A stretch of DNA of 64,000 nucleotides, taken from Truepera sp. GTDB lineage: Bacteria > Deinococcota > Deinococci > Deinococcales > Trueperaceae. Below are positions 21,167 through 33,042 of this stretch, in pieces (position 1 is the stretch's first letter; each line of letters starts with the position of its first letter). Made by a program: the position numbers and the translations under genes. Where the stretch lies: assembly GCA_965218435.1 (NCBI GenBank), contig CBDCKW010000009.1, positions 2,016,001-2,080,000 of the forward strand, written 5' to 3'. The notes under the pieces were generated by a model. That model was given only the letters and a program-made list of their open reading frames with translations, was not told the DNA's origin and did no database searches.

Positions 21167-21598
21167 ATGTTTAACGCTTTGACTTCACTTAGTTACAACC
21201 TCAAACGAACCCAGCAGGCACTTCGTCACGCGATGGACAAGTCGCTCATAGAGCTTGACCTGACGACGCCACAATATTCAGCCCTAACCCAGCTAGCCAG
21301 CGAAACGGGATTGTCGAACGCTGAGTTAGCCCGGCGCTGCTTTGTGACGCCGCAGACGATGCATCAGCTTACGGGTGGGCTCGAGACTCGCGGCCTCGTT
21401 GAGCGGTCACAGCATCCCGAGCATGGCCGGATCGTCCAGATAAGCATGACGAAAACAGGAAAAGAACTTTTAGCAGAGTCCCATAAACTAGTTCACGCTG
21501 TCGAGAACAAGATGACGCAAGCTATCTCAAACATAGAAAAACAGCAGGTCAGCAGGATTCTCGAGAAGTGCCGGGTAGCTTTAGAAACGACGACCTAA
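21167..21598 (+). CDS. MarR family transcriptional regulator (probably leaderless)
   Basis: LTTPQY, LSNAELARRCFVTPQTM, GLVER..HP.HGR; TACCAT 6 nt before ATG. Confidence 0.9.
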   Translation: MFNALTSLSYNLKRTQQALRHAMDKSLIELDLTTPQYSALTQLASETGLSNAELARRCFVTPQTMHQLTGGLETRGLVERSQHPEHGRIVQISMTKTGKELLAESHKLVHAVENKMTQAISNIEKQQVSRILEKCRVALETTT

Positions 21599-21697
21599 GT
21601 TCAACCACGCAGCCGTGCCGGTACTGACGCTGAGGTGCCGCTGCGCGGGGCAGAGACGAACGCCAACCCTGTGTTCAGGACACGCTTAATGAGGCTC

Positions 21698-21747
21698 AGC
21701 TGACAGTTACTCGAGGTTTGGGTACGGGACGTGGGTAACTATCAGTT
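21698..21747. repeat. Palindromic dispersed repeat, copy 2
   Basis: AGCTGACAGTTACTCGAG...GTAACTATCAGTT. Confidence 0.6.
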
Positions 21748-21971
21748 AAGTATCTACGCAAATATTTAGACACTCTTCATATATGTCTGAAACGCAGTGC
21801 GGCACGTGGGTTCGCTTGGATGCTCGAGACCAACGTGATAGGTCGGGGCACGTCCTTTTCGTTCGTCATACAGAGTCATGCACAGCACAGACGTGTAACA
21901 GCAAACTGCCGACGGGCGTTGGGCACTACGCTCCAGACGTTTTCTTAGGCGTGGACATTCTGGTCAGCTGC

Positions 21972-22700
21972 TTAAACATAAACTGGGGGGGCAACACGGC
22001 TCATAGTCTTAAGCACATTGCTCAGACCCGGACGAATTTCTAACTTGCCCGCTTCGATACCTTTAATGGTTTGCCGGGCGAGTGCTGCTGGGTCCATGCC
22101 TTTCTGCCCCCTTGTCTCCGCCTCAAATTCGCCCCGCATAAGTGGCGTCTCGACCGGCGGCGGGGCCAGTTCGACGACGGTGACGTTCGTAGTGGCCAGC
22201 TGCACGCGTAGCGCCTCAGTGTAGGCGTGAAGGGCCGCCTTCGCCCCGGAATAAACCGGCGAGATCGTGTAGGGAACGAACGCTAAACCGGACGAAACGT
22301 TGACGATCAGAGCGTCCGGGCGGGTTTTAAGCTGCGGCAAGAACTGCTGAATCATCCGCACCGGCCCGCTTAAGTTGATGTCAATCTCGCGCGTGACATC
22401 TTCCAGCTCGCGGTTCTGCTCGAGGTTTAGGTTGCGCATAATCCCAGCGTTATTGATCAGCGTGTCGAGCGCCGGAAACTGTGCCGAGACGTCCTCGTAA
22501 AGCGTTCTTATCGCCGCCGGGTCACCCACGTCGCTGCGAAAGGTGTGGATAGCGGGTAACGCCCGCTTCGTCGCCTCGAGCTTTCCCTGGTCTCGGCCGG
22601 TGACGATCACCGTATTGTCACGCGCCAGCAGTTTGGCCAGCTCGAGGCCGATCCCGCTCGTTCCCCCGGTAATCAAAATCGTTTTTTGACTCAGTTTCAT
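21972..22700 (-). CDS. SDR family oxidoreductase (DltE-like)
   Basis: TGGTSGIG, NNAG, YSGAK; AAGGAG RBS before ATG at 22700. Confidence 0.9.
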   Translation of the reverse strand: MKLSQKTILITGGTSGIGLELAKLLARDNTVIVTGRDQGKLEATKRALPAIHTFRSDVGDPAAIRTLYEDVSAQFPALDTLINNAGIMRNLNLEQNRELEDVTREIDINLSGPVRMIQQFLPQLKTRPDALIVNVSSGLAFVPYTISPVYSGAKAALHAYTEALRVQLATTNVTVVELAPPPVETPLMRGEFEAETRGQKGMDPAALARQTIKGIEAGKLEIRPGLSNVLKTMSRVAPPVYV

Positions 22701-22822
22701 GAACAGCTCCTTCTGAGGGGTAGTGTAGGATAAGTACAACCCAATGGGAAGTAGGCACGCAAAAGTGCCATACGCACCGAAAAGAAAGTTAGGCTGTGGG
22801 GAGCACCTTCAAACCCGAAAAG

Positions 22823-23242
22823 ATGTCTAAGCAGTATTTAGAGCAGTATGATGCGTGTCCGGTTCCGCCGGCAGAGACGGACACGGAGCTGGACGCACTC
22901 GTCCGTGAGATTATTGGCCGCGTAGCAGACAAATGGACGATGCTCGCGTTAGAGGTTTTAGCTGAGCACGGTACCTTACGCTTTACCCGACTCGGTGACC
23001 TTATCGGCGGTGTAAGCCAGAAGATGCTGACGAAAACGCTGAGGCAGATGGAAGCGGACGGTCTGGTGGTGCGAACGGTTTACGCGGTCGTCCCGCCTAA
23101 AGTCGAGTACACCTTGACGGACCGGGGTCTGGGCCTCGGCGCGGCCTTTTGCGGCGTCTGGCTTTGGGCTGAAGAGCACCATGAGGCCATCAAGAGGTCA
23201 CGGCAAGCGTTTCACGAGCGGGCACGCGGGCCGAAGCCTTAA
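22823..23242 (+). CDS. HxlR family winged-helix regulator
   Basis: ADKWT, GVSQKMLTKTLRQME.DGLV.R, VPPKVEYTLT; divergent from SDR. Confidence 0.92.
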   Translation: MSKQYLEQYDACPVPPAETDTELDALVREIIGRVADKWTMLALEVLAEHGTLRFTRLGDLIGGVSQKMLTKTLRQMEADGLVVRTVYAVVPPKVEYTLTDRGLGLGAAFCGVWLWAEEHHEAIKRSRQAFHERARGPKP

Positions 23243-23429
23243 ACCGTTATGCCCTTTGCGCTGCAGCTTGTCAATTCGCAGCTGGCGGGCTTTTTGGCGA
23301 AACCGGGTACCTATATATATGACGATCATATTCGGCAGTGCTGAGAAGCCGTAGTTGCTCGAGGCGTTCTAGTCGAAGCGTACTCGTTCAAACAACGGGC
23401 TGATGCTCGCTGGTAACTGTGGCATTTAA

Positions 23430-24293
23430 TCAGGGTTGGTCAGGAAGCGGCCCCAGCACCAGCCCATAGACAGGCCCTTCGTAAAGCTGTTTGCCATCGT
23501 TGTCCGGTGTTGGGGTCAAAACAACGGTGCGCCCGTCTATTGTAAATTCGACGATCAGACCTTCGCGCTGCCCGACCGTAAAGAGCTTGAAACGTCCGTC
23601 GGCGCTCTCCCCCGCTGTTTCGCTGCCCCTAACGATTTCAAAGGTTTCAGTCACGCCGCGCGAGGTGTAGCGCCAGCGTCCGGCGAAGGCGACGCCACTG
23701 TTTTGGGTGATTTTTGGAATGATTTCGGCGCTCGAGGTCGTTTTACCGCCGAAGGTGAACTTGACGCTGACCGTATCAGGGCCGTTATGAACACAGTTGA
23801 ACGTCCCGGCGACGACCTGCCGGTACACCCTGGTTTTGTTGCAGCGGGCCGCGAGGCCGGGCGGTGACTCACTAAGGTCAGCGCCAGCTGTGACGGTATA
23901 ACGTACCGCCCACGGCGCAGGACCGCCGGGGGTCTGCGTGAGTTTTAGGTCACCGATATTCGGCCTGGTACCGGGTACGTCAGGCGCTGTTACAGTGACT
24001 GTCTCGCTGGCCGACGCGCCGTTAGCCGCCACACTGACAACATAAAGTCCTGAACGCTCGAACGTCGTTTGAAAGGTGCCGGACGTCTCGGTTTGCTGCT
24101 GCCCGCCGACAGCCCAACTAAAAACGCCCACAGCAGGGCTCGCTTCGGCGCGAAAGGTCACGGTCAGGGGGCTGTCGCCCTCCGTTTGAGACGCGCTCAG
24201 CGTGACGTTTGAAGGCGTAGGTTGCGGTGCCGAACCGCCGAACAAATCACAAGCGGTCAGAACGAGTGGGAGCGCCAACAAAAGGTATCTCAT
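23430..24293 (-). CDS. PKD-domain lipoprotein
   Basis: LTAC lipobox; G.SPLTVTF.A, FSW, G.Y.V PKD-like pattern. Confidence 0.7.
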   Translation of the reverse strand: MRYLLLALPLVLTACDLFGGSAPQPTPSNVTLSASQTEGDSPLTVTFRAEASPAVGVFSWAVGGQQQTETSGTFQTTFERSGLYVVSVAANGASASETVTVTAPDVPGTRPNIGDLKLTQTPGGPAPWAVRYTVTAGADLSESPPGLAARCNKTRVYRQVVAGTFNCVHNGPDTVSVKFTFGGKTTSSAEIIPKITQNSGVAFAGRWRYTSRGVTETFEIVRGSETAGESADGRFKLFTVGQREGLIVEFTIDGRTVVLTPTPDNDGKQLYEGPVYGLVLGPLPDQP

Positions 24294-24372
24294 AAGCTAC
24301 GGCAAACGTACCATGCTCAAGGGAAGGCCCCACTAAAACTTGTGCAGTGGGGCCTGATACGTCTTGAACGCT

Positions 24373-25476
24373 TTAGAGGTTGTTCGGAAAGTTCGGGTCG
24401 AGGAGCGCCGTAAATTGGTCGGCGAGGGGTGCCGGGATGCTGATGCCCTGCGGGAAGAAGCTCGCGTCGGACACGGCCGTGTCCGGGCTGAGGTAAACGA
24501 CGTTGGCGACCTGACGCGGCGTGCGGCTAAAGGCGATAGCGTTCTTGTCGGTCGGAACGATGTTGGTGCCTAAGTTGGCGGGGTCGGCGTGCGACTTGAC
24601 GGTATCAATGTTCGGATCGGCAACGATTCCCTTATCGTCATCGGTCGAGCCGTCGAGCGAATCACGGGCGTCTGAGATGGCGCGGGCAATCGTCCAGAAA
24701 TCAACACCACCGTAGATATATTCTACGCGCATGTCGGCAGTGTAGAGGAAGCTGCGTACGGTGCCCGCGTGATACGCTTCAACCGCCAAGATACCGGCAG
24801 CGGCCTCGAGGTAATCGGGGTTGGTAATGAACTTCGCAGCACCTTTGTAGGCTGTGACGCCGACATCTTCAAAGATATAGGCCCCGAAGAGGAAGAACGT
24901 ATCGTTGGCAAAGGGATTAAACGCCGTCGGATCAAAGCCTAAGCCGTTTGTGGTCAAGCTCGCCGCAGCAGTCGCCGCCGTCTGGAACGATGTAGTCAGG
25001 TTAAGAACGGGCAACTCGGCAACCGGCGCACCGACGCTCTGGAGGGCTGTGCGCAAGAACACCACGTGGGAAAGCTCGTCCTCGGCGATTTCGTTGGCAA
25101 ACTTGCCGACGAGTGGGGTGACTTTGGTGACTGTTTGAGCACTCAGGCTGCTACTGTTCATCATCGCAGCGTAGAGCGAGGTGCTCGGGTCTGTCCCAGT
25201 GTAGCCGTCGGGCAACTGAATCTTAGCGGGGTCATAACCGGGCAGTTCGCTCAGGCGGCCCACGGCGGCGAGGTAGTAGGCGGCTTCCAGGTACTCGAGG
25301 TTTAGGGCGAAGTTCAAAATGGCGGCGTCGTAATCATCGCCGGTTTGCTGCGCACCGACTTGTCCGACGACCGAGCCGCCGCACGCGGTCATCACCGCAC
25401 CTGCACCGAGCAGGCCCAAGTTGCCGAGCAGTCTCCGGCGGTCTACTTTTCCGTTTAGCACCTTGTTGACGTCCAT
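24373..25476 (-). CDS. Ferritin-like domain protein, desiccation-related (PCC13-62-like), Tat-type lipoprotein signal
   Basis: DRRRLL twin-Arg and MTAC; ILNFALNLEYLEA, DELSHV, FEDVGVTAYKGAA, AAGILAVEAYHAG. Confidence 0.88.
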   Translation of the reverse strand: MDVNKVLNGKVDRRRLLGNLGLLGAGAVMTACGGSVVGQVGAQQTGDDYDAAILNFALNLEYLEAAYYLAAVGRLSELPGYDPAKIQLPDGYTGTDPSTSLYAAMMNSSSLSAQTVTKVTPLVGKFANEIAEDELSHVVFLRTALQSVGAPVAELPVLNLTTSFQTAATAAASLTTNGLGFDPTAFNPFANDTFFLFGAYIFEDVGVTAYKGAAKFITNPDYLEAAAGILAVEAYHAGTVRSFLYTADMRVEYIYGGVDFWTIARAISDARDSLDGSTDDDKGIVADPNIDTVKSHADPANLGTNIVPTDKNAIAFSRTPRQVANVVYLSPDTAVSDASFFPQGISIPAPLADQFTALLDPNFPNNL

Positions 25477-25800
25477 AAGTTGTGTACCTTTCAGCCCCCG
25501 AGCAAATGGCCCACCCCGAGAGCAGTAAAATTTTATGAGCCATCTAGTCAGGTATACACGTCCCAAGCTCATCTGGATTTGATTTTTTTAACCTTTGTCA
25601 AGAGCAGATGCACTTTTGTGCAGTAACGGCCCGGAATGTGAGATTTTTCATAGGTAGAGTGTGAGAGGAAGACAAAGAGAGTAGCGAGCACGCCCGTCAA
25701 GCAGGTGACACAATTTTCAGAACGAACTCTCAGCAGCGAGTCAAAAGCTGTTAGAACTCCGGTACAACACTAGCTTTGTGCTCGTTGCCTACTGAAAACG

Positions 25801-27195
25801 TTACGACTGAGCTTCTTCAATAAGTTCCTCGACCTTTTCGACATAGGCGTCCGGGTCGGCTTTACGCTCCAACCCCCCCGCCGACATGTAGCGCACCTTG
25901 CCGAACACCGCCCGCTCCGTCCAACCCCGGTCGTGCTGTCCGAAGACCCAGGCGACATTGGCAAACGAATTGGCGTCACGGCCGTCTAAAAAGTATTTAT
26001 TATTGAGGTAAAGCGTCGTTTCAAAGGCATATTTAGGGCTGGAAGACCACTCGAGTATCTTTTTGCCCCAGTACATCCGCATATAGTTGTGCATATACCC
26101 GGTATGCTTCATCTCATTCATGGCGGCGTTCCAGTAGGGGTCGTCCGTTCGGGCGGCCTCGAGTTCTTGGCGGGTGTATTCAGGGTTGCGTTTGTCGTCT
26201 TGGTGTTCGGCCAGCGTTTTCTGCGCCCAGTCGGGCAGGGCGCTGTACTTATCATAGTCAGGTTCGTAAAACACAAAGTTCATCGGCAGCTCGCGGCGGA
26301 TGATAAGCTCCTCCAAGTAACTATCTTTGTTTTTTTGCGACGCTTTGGCTTTTTGCACCTCTAAGGCGATATAAACCGGCGAAATCTGCCCGTAGTGCAG
26401 GTATTTGCTCATGTGTGACACGTGGCTCGTTTGCGGCTGATTGCGGGTGTCCGTATAGTCGGCAAAGTCGTTTTCGAGAAAATCGTGCAAAACTTTTTTC
26501 GCAGCTTCGGTGCCGCCTTTGAATAACTTGACGGGCGAGGGCTCGGGCTCGAGCTTAAGCTTTTTCAGCAACTTATCCAGGTCGGAGAGGTCTTCGCCGT
26601 CAACCTCCAACGAGAGCGCAGCTGTTTTCAGCTTCACTTCGTCCAGTGAAACCAAAAACTTATCTAAGTGCTTACTCAACCGGGGCCGCAAGGTGCGGGC
26701 AGCGTGTTCTTTTTTGCTGCTAGCCAGCTCGACCGGCACGACGACATTTGTCTCAACCTGGACAACTTTGCACGGCGCTTCTGCCGCCAGGCGCTCCCGC
26801 CACTCTCGCTGTAGCCGCAGATAATCACGGTCACAAACGACCAAAGCAGCGTCTTTAGCAAGCTTTAGGGCTATCTCGTCGGGTGCGCCGCGTTGCAAGA
26901 CGAACTTGATCTTGCGTTTTTTTAACGCCTTGTCAACATCCTGCAGGCCCTCTACCATAAAGTGATAGTGCCGCAACCTCGCTTCGGGATAGTCGTCCAT
27001 CAGGCCGAAGGCGACCAGGAGCGGTTTCTCAAGCTCATTGGCTTTGAGGGCGGCGTACTCGAGGGCGTGGTTGTATTCGCTGCGCTGCGAACTCTGCAGC
27101 CAGTAGAGGACGTATTCGCCTTCCTGAACGTCTTTGTCATTGAGGTCTTGGACGCGTTCACTTTGTATCTGTTCACGGCTGTGCTTGTCGGACAT
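25801..27195 (-). CDS. phr: Deoxyribodipyrimidine (CPD) photolyase, class II
   Basis: YVLYWLQ..QR..YNHAL, SKYLHYGQIS, EELIIRREL, GYMHNYMRMYWGKKILEW, LDGRDANS. Confidence 0.92.
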   Translation of the reverse strand: MSDKHSREQIQSERVQDLNDKDVQEGEYVLYWLQSSQRSEYNHALEYAALKANELEKPLLVAFGLMDDYPEARLRHYHFMVEGLQDVDKALKKRKIKFVLQRGAPDEIALKLAKDAALVVCDRDYLRLQREWRERLAAEAPCKVVQVETNVVVPVELASSKKEHAARTLRPRLSKHLDKFLVSLDEVKLKTAALSLEVDGEDLSDLDKLLKKLKLEPEPSPVKLFKGGTEAAKKVLHDFLENDFADYTDTRNQPQTSHVSHMSKYLHYGQISPVYIALEVQKAKASQKNKDSYLEELIIRRELPMNFVFYEPDYDKYSALPDWAQKTLAEHQDDKRNPEYTRQELEAARTDDPYWNAAMNEMKHTGYMHNYMRMYWGKKILEWSSSPKYAFETTLYLNNKYFLDGRDANSFANVAWVFGQHDRGWTERAVFGKVRYMSAGGLERKADPDAYVEKVEELIEEAQS

Positions 27196-27274
27196 GTCTT
27201 ACGCTAACGGGGCTGTGGCAACCTTGCCGCAGCCCCTCTCACGGTTAAGCGTGGCGAAATGGGTCACGAGAACA

Positions 27275-27849
27275 TCATTTAATCTGCGCCTGAAAACAGA
27301 CGTCGCCTGCGCCACCCGCCGGAACTGCGCCGACCCTGAGCGTCAATACTGCGTCCAGCTCACCTTCGTCATCATTTGGTGCTGCGGTAAGGTTCTTGCG
27401 GCTGGCGTCGGCAAGGTAATCTGCCAGCGAATTGCCCGCTTGCTGTAGTCGCTGACTGAAGTGAGCGGCGTGGTGGTCAGCGGGATGGTGCCGCTCACAA
27501 CCGTACTCGTCACGGGGCTCTGACCGGAGTTCGTGTAGGTGACGCAGCACTCGGGCACATCCTCCGGTTCTCCACTTCCGGCACTGCTCAACGCTGAGCT
27601 TTTCGTAACGTTACGGACACGCTTAACGAGCGTGAGGTTGCCCGCGTCTACTGTCGGGGTCGGGTCAGTTGACGTGTTGTTAGCCGTGGTACCGCCCACC
27701 GCACCCGTTTGGGTCTGACCGGCTCCGGTGCCGTTACCTGTAACATAAGCTGTACCGTCAGGCATAATCGCAAAGCGGTAGAGTCGGCAACACTGGCGTC
27801 GTTGCCATGTTAGCAACAGCTGCAGGACGGGTCGGATTAGAACCGTCAA
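27275..27849 (-). pseudogene. DUF11-type surface protein C-terminal remnant (frameshifted)
   Basis: LTLVKRVRNVT...YTNSG..P DUF11-like motif; VPAGGAGDVCFQAQIK end lies in another frame. Confidence 0.55.
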
Positions 27850-28302
27850 ATACTTAACCTGCTGCGTTCGTGCAGGTCACGGTCGCCTTGGTCATCTCTA
27901 CGCCCGGACGCGCCGTGCTGTGCTCGTTAGACAAGCTCTCACCATGATGCAAATAACGTCCTTTCCCTGGCCGCTGGTGCCCTTAAGCCGTTACGCAACC
28001 CGGCCATAGTTCAAACATACGGGCGCTTTTATCATGACAATAGGGAGGCCCGTTTACCCGTGAATTCTGCTACGCGTGAACGCAACACAATTTTTAACAG
28101 CAATTGCTGAAACTGCGTCTATCACATCGCAGACGGCATTTGTCGTTTTCTAAACCAGGATAGATGAACTGCTTAAGTGAGATTTTTGACGTTGCTCAGC
28201 AGGCGGGGAAGGCTCGAGGCTTCGCCGAAAAAGCAGCAGGATTTTGCCACGCAGCACACAGCCTAAAGTACGGTCTGACACGCGGCTACCGCGTAAACTT
28301 AT

Positions 28303-28797
28303 ATGATGAAACGCGAATCTGTCAGTAAAGCGAAGGGCGAAGAATCGGTGTGGGATTACCCGCGCCCACCGAAAGTTGAACCAAGTCCTAAACACATAGA
28401 GATTTATTTTGCCGGTGAACGGGTGGCGGACTCGAGCCGCGCCGTACGCGTCTTAGAAACGTCGCACCCGCCGGTTTTTTATATTCCGCAGGAAGACATC
28501 CGAATGGAATCAGTAACGCAGACGCAGCACCGGAGCTTTTGCGAGTTTAAGGGCGGCGCAGTGTACTGGACACTCAAACTAAACGGCCAAGAGGCGCAAG
28601 TTGCCTGGAGCTACCCCAACCCAACTAGAGGGTTTGAAGAAATTAGAGACCACCTGGCCTTTTATCCGAGCCGGGTCGAGGCGTGTTTTGTAGACGGTGA
28701 ACGCGTGGAGGCCCAAGCCGGGGACTTTTACGGCGGCTGGATTACCGCAGAGATTAAAGGGCCGTTTAAGGGTGGAGCCGGAACGTGGGGGTGGTAG
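28303..28797 (+). CDS. DUF427 family protein
   Basis: ESVWDYPRPP, VLETSHPPVFYIP, SFCEFKG, AWSYP, FYGGWIT. Confidence 0.9.
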   Translation: MMKRESVSKAKGEESVWDYPRPPKVEPSPKHIEIYFAGERVADSSRAVRVLETSHPPVFYIPQEDIRMESVTQTQHRSFCEFKGGAVYWTLKLNGQEAQVAWSYPNPTRGFEEIRDHLAFYPSRVEACFVDGERVEAQAGDFYGGWITAEIKGPFKGGAGTWGW

Positions 28798-28946
28798 AGG
28801 TAGGAGGTAGAGAGGTTCTGTTTATTTGCCGGAGACAGTTAGGGGTAGTTGCAGCGTGCTACGGAAAAGTAGTCAGAATCCCGTAGTCAGTAGTCAGAAC
28901 TTGCTGGCTGGAGCATAACGTTTTCACATAAATATGACGACACAAA

Positions 28947-31268
<2,322 letters not shown>

Positions 31269-31336
31269 GCCAATCGGACCTATATTGACTGCCAATTAAC
31301 CTAAGTCAACGCCAGGCCCGGCGGTACACTCAGCTT

Positions 31337-32413
31337 ATGCGCCGTACTGTGCCGTGGTTCTTGTTCTGCGTTCTCTTAATCTCTTGGTGGATTTTTTTGC
31401 CCCCACCGGCAGCGTGGCTCGACCGCGTGTACGGTAACGGCGTCTATCCCATTATCGCCAGGGTGCTCGTTCCGCTGACCGGCAGTATCCCGCTTCCAGT
31501 AACCCCGATGTTGCTCGCCGTACTCCTGGTGTGGCTCGCGCTCAGCGTCGCGCTAAATAAAAACCGTCGGCGCGGAGCCTCGGCCGTTTGGCGTTGGCTC
31601 TGGCGCGGCGTCGTCACTGCCGCGACGCTCTACGCACTTTTTATCGTGCTCTGGGGGGCCAATTACGGTAAAACGCCGATTGAAACGCGCTTGGGACTCT
31701 CAGTAACGCCGCCGACTCCGGCAGAAGCGTTGGCGCTCGCCAACAACTTGAGCATCTTGCTCCGTCAGGACGCTAACGCCCCGGAGGTTTGGACGACTGA
31801 CCTGAGCGCCGGTTTACAGTCTTTGCGAAAACTGGTCGAGGGGACGGAACACCACCCCGTCACGTTGCCGCGCTATGTCAAACACGCGCCGCCGGGATTT
31901 CTCATCACCACCGGTCGGGCCACCGGGATCACGGTTCCGTGGACGCTCGAGGCGTACATTGACCGCGCCCTCCCCTATCCGGTCGCCTTGGGGACGGCGC
32001 TGCACGAAACTGCCCACGTCGTCGGCTACGCCGGGGAAGCCGAAGCCGACTTCATAGCGGCGCTCGCCGGTCTCACCTCAAGCAACCGGTCGGTACGTTA
32101 CGGTGCGGCGCTGCTCGTCTTTTTACGGGCCGGTCAGGTTTTGCCGCCTGAACGTTACGCGGCCCTCTTTAAGACGCTCCCCGCCAAGGCCCAAGCCGAC
32201 ATCACCGCCTACAGCCTCGCTTACCAGCGTTACAGCGCCCCTAACCTCGTGACTATGCTGCAGGCGCGTTTTTACGATACTTACCTCCGCACGCAGCGTG
32301 TCGGGGCCGGCATCGCCGACTACGACCGCGCCCTCACGCTGCTGCTCGCAGCCAAACGAGACGGACGGTTGACCTTTGAGCAGGGAGAAGTTCGCTTTAA
32401 CTTCCTCCAATAG
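31337..32413 (+). CDS. DUF3810 family putative zinc metallopeptidase membrane protein
   Basis: LWGANY, PWTLEA, HETAH zincin motif, EAEADF. Confidence 0.8.
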   Translation: MRRTVPWFLFCVLLISWWIFLPPPAAWLDRVYGNGVYPIIARVLVPLTGSIPLPVTPMLLAVLLVWLALSVALNKNRRRGASAVWRWLWRGVVTAATLYALFIVLWGANYGKTPIETRLGLSVTPPTPAEALALANNLSILLRQDANAPEVWTTDLSAGLQSLRKLVEGTEHHPVTLPRYVKHAPPGFLITTGRATGITVPWTLEAYIDRALPYPVALGTALHETAHVVGYAGEAEADFIAALAGLTSSNRSVRYGAALLVFLRAGQVLPPERYAALFKTLPAKAQADITAYSLAYQRYSAPNLVTMLQARFYDTYLRTQRVGAGIADYDRALTLLLAAKRDGRLTFEQGEVRFNFLQ

Positions 32414-32482
32414 CCTCGCAAGCAGCTGCCATCTCACGCACCGTAGCAAGAAGCACTACCGCTTCCGAGCCCCATAACGCTC

Positions 32483-32890
32483 ATGTCCGAAGATGCTACG
32501 TTTGGCGTGAACGACCGCATAACGTTTAGAAAAGAGGGTACAGTGCGACAAGCTCACCTCAGCGGTTACCTACTCCTTATTACCGGCTCACTCCACACTC
32601 TGCTTGGCGTTGTAAGGGGCTATTCGCAGCTCCTCGAGATGACGCGAGCAGGCCTTGTCGGTACCGGCAACGTCTCAACCGAGCGGGCGCTTACTCTTTG
32701 GTTTCTCATTGCAGGGGTCGGCATTATTTTGATGGGTTTACTGGCACTAGGCTACCAAGAACCGCTGCCCGCTGGTTTTGGTTGGGGACTGCTGGCGCTG
32801 TCTCTATTAGGTGTATTGCCTTTTCCAACTTCCGGATTTTGGCTACTGATCCCTCAAGCATTATTTGTCCTCGTTGTTGCATACCGCTAA
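32483..32890 (+). CDS. Small membrane protein (DUF6463-like; start may be GTG 32543)
   Basis: G.LH...G, LWFLIAG, PTSGFWL.IP pattern. Confidence 0.55.
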   Translation: MSEDATFGVNDRITFRKEGTVRQAHLSGYLLLITGSLHTLLGVVRGYSQLLEMTRAGLVGTGNVSTERALTLWFLIAGVGIILMGLLALGYQEPLPAGFGWGLLALSLLGVLPFPTSGFWLLIPQALFVLVVAYR

Positions 32891-33042
32891 ACGTTGCTAG
32901 ATTGGGCTACGACAAACGGGCCGGGTTAAAGTGGCTATGTGCCACCTTCCAGCCCTGCATCTCCTAGCTTTAGACCTGAATATTATGTTTTGACGTCAAT
33001 ATTTCGTTATCTGGTCAAATGCCTATCCGAGGCTTGTTCCCT

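Noticed and set aside
19227..21747. Integron attC sites
   Set aside because: The hairpins are short, lack a proper RYYYAAC inverse core, and no integron integrase is nearby.
28790..28900. Short GGTAGAG and AGTAGTCAG repeats as a possible CRISPR or structured array
   Set aside because: Only 2-3 degenerate 7-9 bp units with no spacers; no CRISPR array or cas gene seen anywhere in the window.
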